Assembly (NCBI RefSeq): GCF_000020225.1
Contig: NC_010655.1
Location: forward strand, 2,130,001 to 2,162,000
DNA length: 32,000 nucleotides
From: Akkermansia muciniphila ATCC BAA-835
Lineage (GTDB): Bacteria; Verrucomicrobiota; Verrucomicrobiia; Verrucomicrobiales; Akkermansiaceae
Direction: 5' to 3'
The position numbers were made by a program, and so were the translations under genes. Under the pieces are notes generated by a model. The model was not told where the DNA came from. It made no database searches and worked only from the letters and a program-made list of their open reading frames with translations. Of the stretch, positions 30,807 through 32,000 are shown one piece after another; within the stretch, counting starts at the first letter, position 1; every line of letters begins with the position of its first letter.

Positions 30807-31637
30807 ATGATGGAACATTCAGTAATTTTTCCGGACCATCGGAAGGTTTGCGCCCTGGGGCAGGGAACCTGGAAAATGGGAAAGTCAGCGTTGAGGGAAG
30901 CCGATGAAATAGATGCTTTGCGCGCCGGCATTGAGCTGGGCATGAGCGTAGTGGATACGGCGGAGATGTATGGCAACGAGGAAATGGTGGGAGCGGCAAT
31001 CCGCGGTTTGCGCGACCGTGTTTTCCTGGTTACCAAGGTGTTGCCCGGCAACGCCAGCAGGACAGGAACCAAAGCGGCCTGCGAACGGAGCCTGAACAGG
31101 CTGAAGACGGATTACGTGGATTTGTTTCTGCTTCACTGGGGAGGTCCCCATCCCATTGAAGATACGGTTGCTTCAATGATTGAGCTGCAGCAGGAGGGAA
31201 AAATAAAAGCATGGGGCGTCAGCAATATGGACGTTCCGGAAATGGAGCGGTTTTACGCCGTCCCGGGAGGAGTTTCCTGCGCCGCCAACCAGATTCTTTA
31301 TAATCTGGCCCATCGAGGTGTGGAGTACGATTTGCTGCCATGGTGCCGGGAACGCCACCTTCCCGTGATGGCCTATTCGCCTGCGGATGAAGGGCGGCTT
31401 TCCCGTAATCCGGTGCTGATGGAGATTGCGCAGAAGCATGAGGCCACCCCGGTGCAGATTGCCCTGGCCTGGATTTTGCGCTGCCCTGGAATGATTGCGA
31501 TCCCCAAAGCCGGTTCCGTCACGCATGTGCAGGAAAATTACCGGAGTTTGTCCATCAGGCTGACTGCGGAAGATGTGGATTTGCTGGATGGGGCTTTTCC
31601 GCCCCCGGTCAGAAAGGTGCATCTGGATTCCTGGTAA
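30807..31637 (+). CDS. Aldo/keto reductase family oxidoreductase
   Basis: Carries LGQGTWKMG, VDTAEMYGNEE, DLFLLHWG, WGVSNM and IPKAGSVTHVQEN. The start is set at ATG 30807/30810 (MMEHSVIF). The track start 30699 is a GTG with an implausible N-terminus. Confidence 0.88.
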   Translation: MMEHSVIFPDHRKVCALGQGTWKMGKSALREADEIDALRAGIELGMSVVDTAEMYGNEEMVGAAIRGLRDRVFLVTKVLPGNASRTGTKAACERSLNRLKTDYVDLFLLHWGGPHPIEDTVASMIELQQEGKIKAWGVSNMDVPEMERFYAVPGGVSCAANQILYNLAHRGVEYDLLPWCRERHLPVMAYSPADEGRLSRNPVLMEIAQKHEATPVQIALAWILRCPGMIAIPKAGSVTHVQENYRSLSIRLTAEDVDLLDGAFPPPVRKVHLDSW

Positions 31638-31918
31638 ACCGTGATGCCGTCCGGCAGTTGGGGAGAAGCGGGACGCGCGGATTTTCCTGCCGCATCAGAA
31701 TTGTTTCAAGCCTTTCATCTGTCCGGGATGAAAGGGCGCCAGCGGGTAATTTCAATACACGCACGCCTTGTGGGTAGGGTATTGGCTTTTTGTTCATGCG
31801 GCCGGGGAATCTTCTGACGCGTTTCCGGAAGGGGACTTCCCGGTTTTTCCCTTTGAACAGAGGATGTGCCGTTTTCCGGTTCCGGCTTCTTCAGTAGGGA
31901 AGAAGATTGAATGCGGCT

Positions 31919-31964
31919 GAAAGAAAGCCGCCCTTCCGGGAATACGGCATTCCGGAGAGGCGGC
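31919..31964 (-). terminator. Strong Rho-independent terminator for a minus-strand gene lying beyond the right edge
   Basis: GCCGCC (31927-31932) pairs with GGCGGC (31959-31964). An inner helix extends it, TTCCGGGAAT with ATTCCGGAG allowing one bulge. On the minus strand it is followed by TTTCTTTC (plus-strand GAAAGAAA, 31919-31926). Confidence 0.6.
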
Positions 31965-32000
31965 TCCAGAGGAGGAGGCGGGATAATAAAGCGCTACAGC

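Noticed and set aside
31711-31735. Perfect 9-bp hairpin CCTTTCATC-tgtccgg-GATGAAAGG downstream of the aldo/keto reductase
   Set aside because: It is real as a palindrome but has no T tract on either strand. It could be a weak or Rho-assisted terminator, and the evidence is insufficient to call a feature.
31609-32000. 62-aa minus ORF overlapping the reductase 3' end, plus two minus-strand frames that are open from the right edge (stops at about 31794 and 31891)
   Set aside because: A very strong minus-strand terminator hairpin (31927-31964 plus a T tract) sits inside these frames. That argues the real upstream gene ends near the in-frame TAG at 31994-31996 or beyond the window. The translations are low-complexity.
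1-32000. Search by eye for CRISPR arrays, tRNA/rRNA genes, IS elements, integrases, toxin-antitoxin pairs and tandem repeats
   Set aside because: None was seen. All gaps longer than 100 bp were read on both strands and contain only the hairpins and repeats listed above.

Overview
This window is mostly a GC-rich, tightly packed housekeeping stretch with short AT-rich intergenic islands. By inference only, it looks like a Verrucomicrobiota/Akkermansia-like gut bacterium. I support 25 protein genes by family motifs. They are a LicC-type nucleotidyltransferase::PLP-enzyme fusion (truncated at the left edge), LicD, a eukaryote-type glycogen branching enzyme, a PEGA lipoprotein, SufE, ornithine carbamoyltransferase, a Cys-type sulfatase, hprK-ptsH-ptsI, an M20 peptidase, an ABC ATPase, 5-formyl-THF cyclo-ligase, a membrane-anchored dynamin-like GTPase, YggS, YqgE/AlgH, an L,D-transpeptidase, a processive GT2 synthase, a secreted hypothetical protein, an ApaG-like protein, a 1171-aa SNF2 helicase, an Lrp regulator plus aminotransferase, a CPBP protease, a DUF218 protein, GlyRS and an aldo/keto reductase. 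I saw no rRNA, tRNA, CRISPR array, transposase, integrase or canonical defence cassette. The best candidate for something undescribed is the roughly 670-bp non-coding region at the left end, between the divergent LicC-fusion and LicD genes. It holds two 22-bp sites identical except for a reverse-complemented 5-bp core, which amounts to a perfect 15-bp inverted repeat bracketing 139 bp. It also holds a strong terminator-like hairpin inside the LicD leader. Together these suggest phase-variable and/or riboswitch-like control of a phospho-headgroup glycan decoration module. The other findings are lower-interest. Most long ORFs in the supplied track are antisense artefacts of GC-rich coding sequence.
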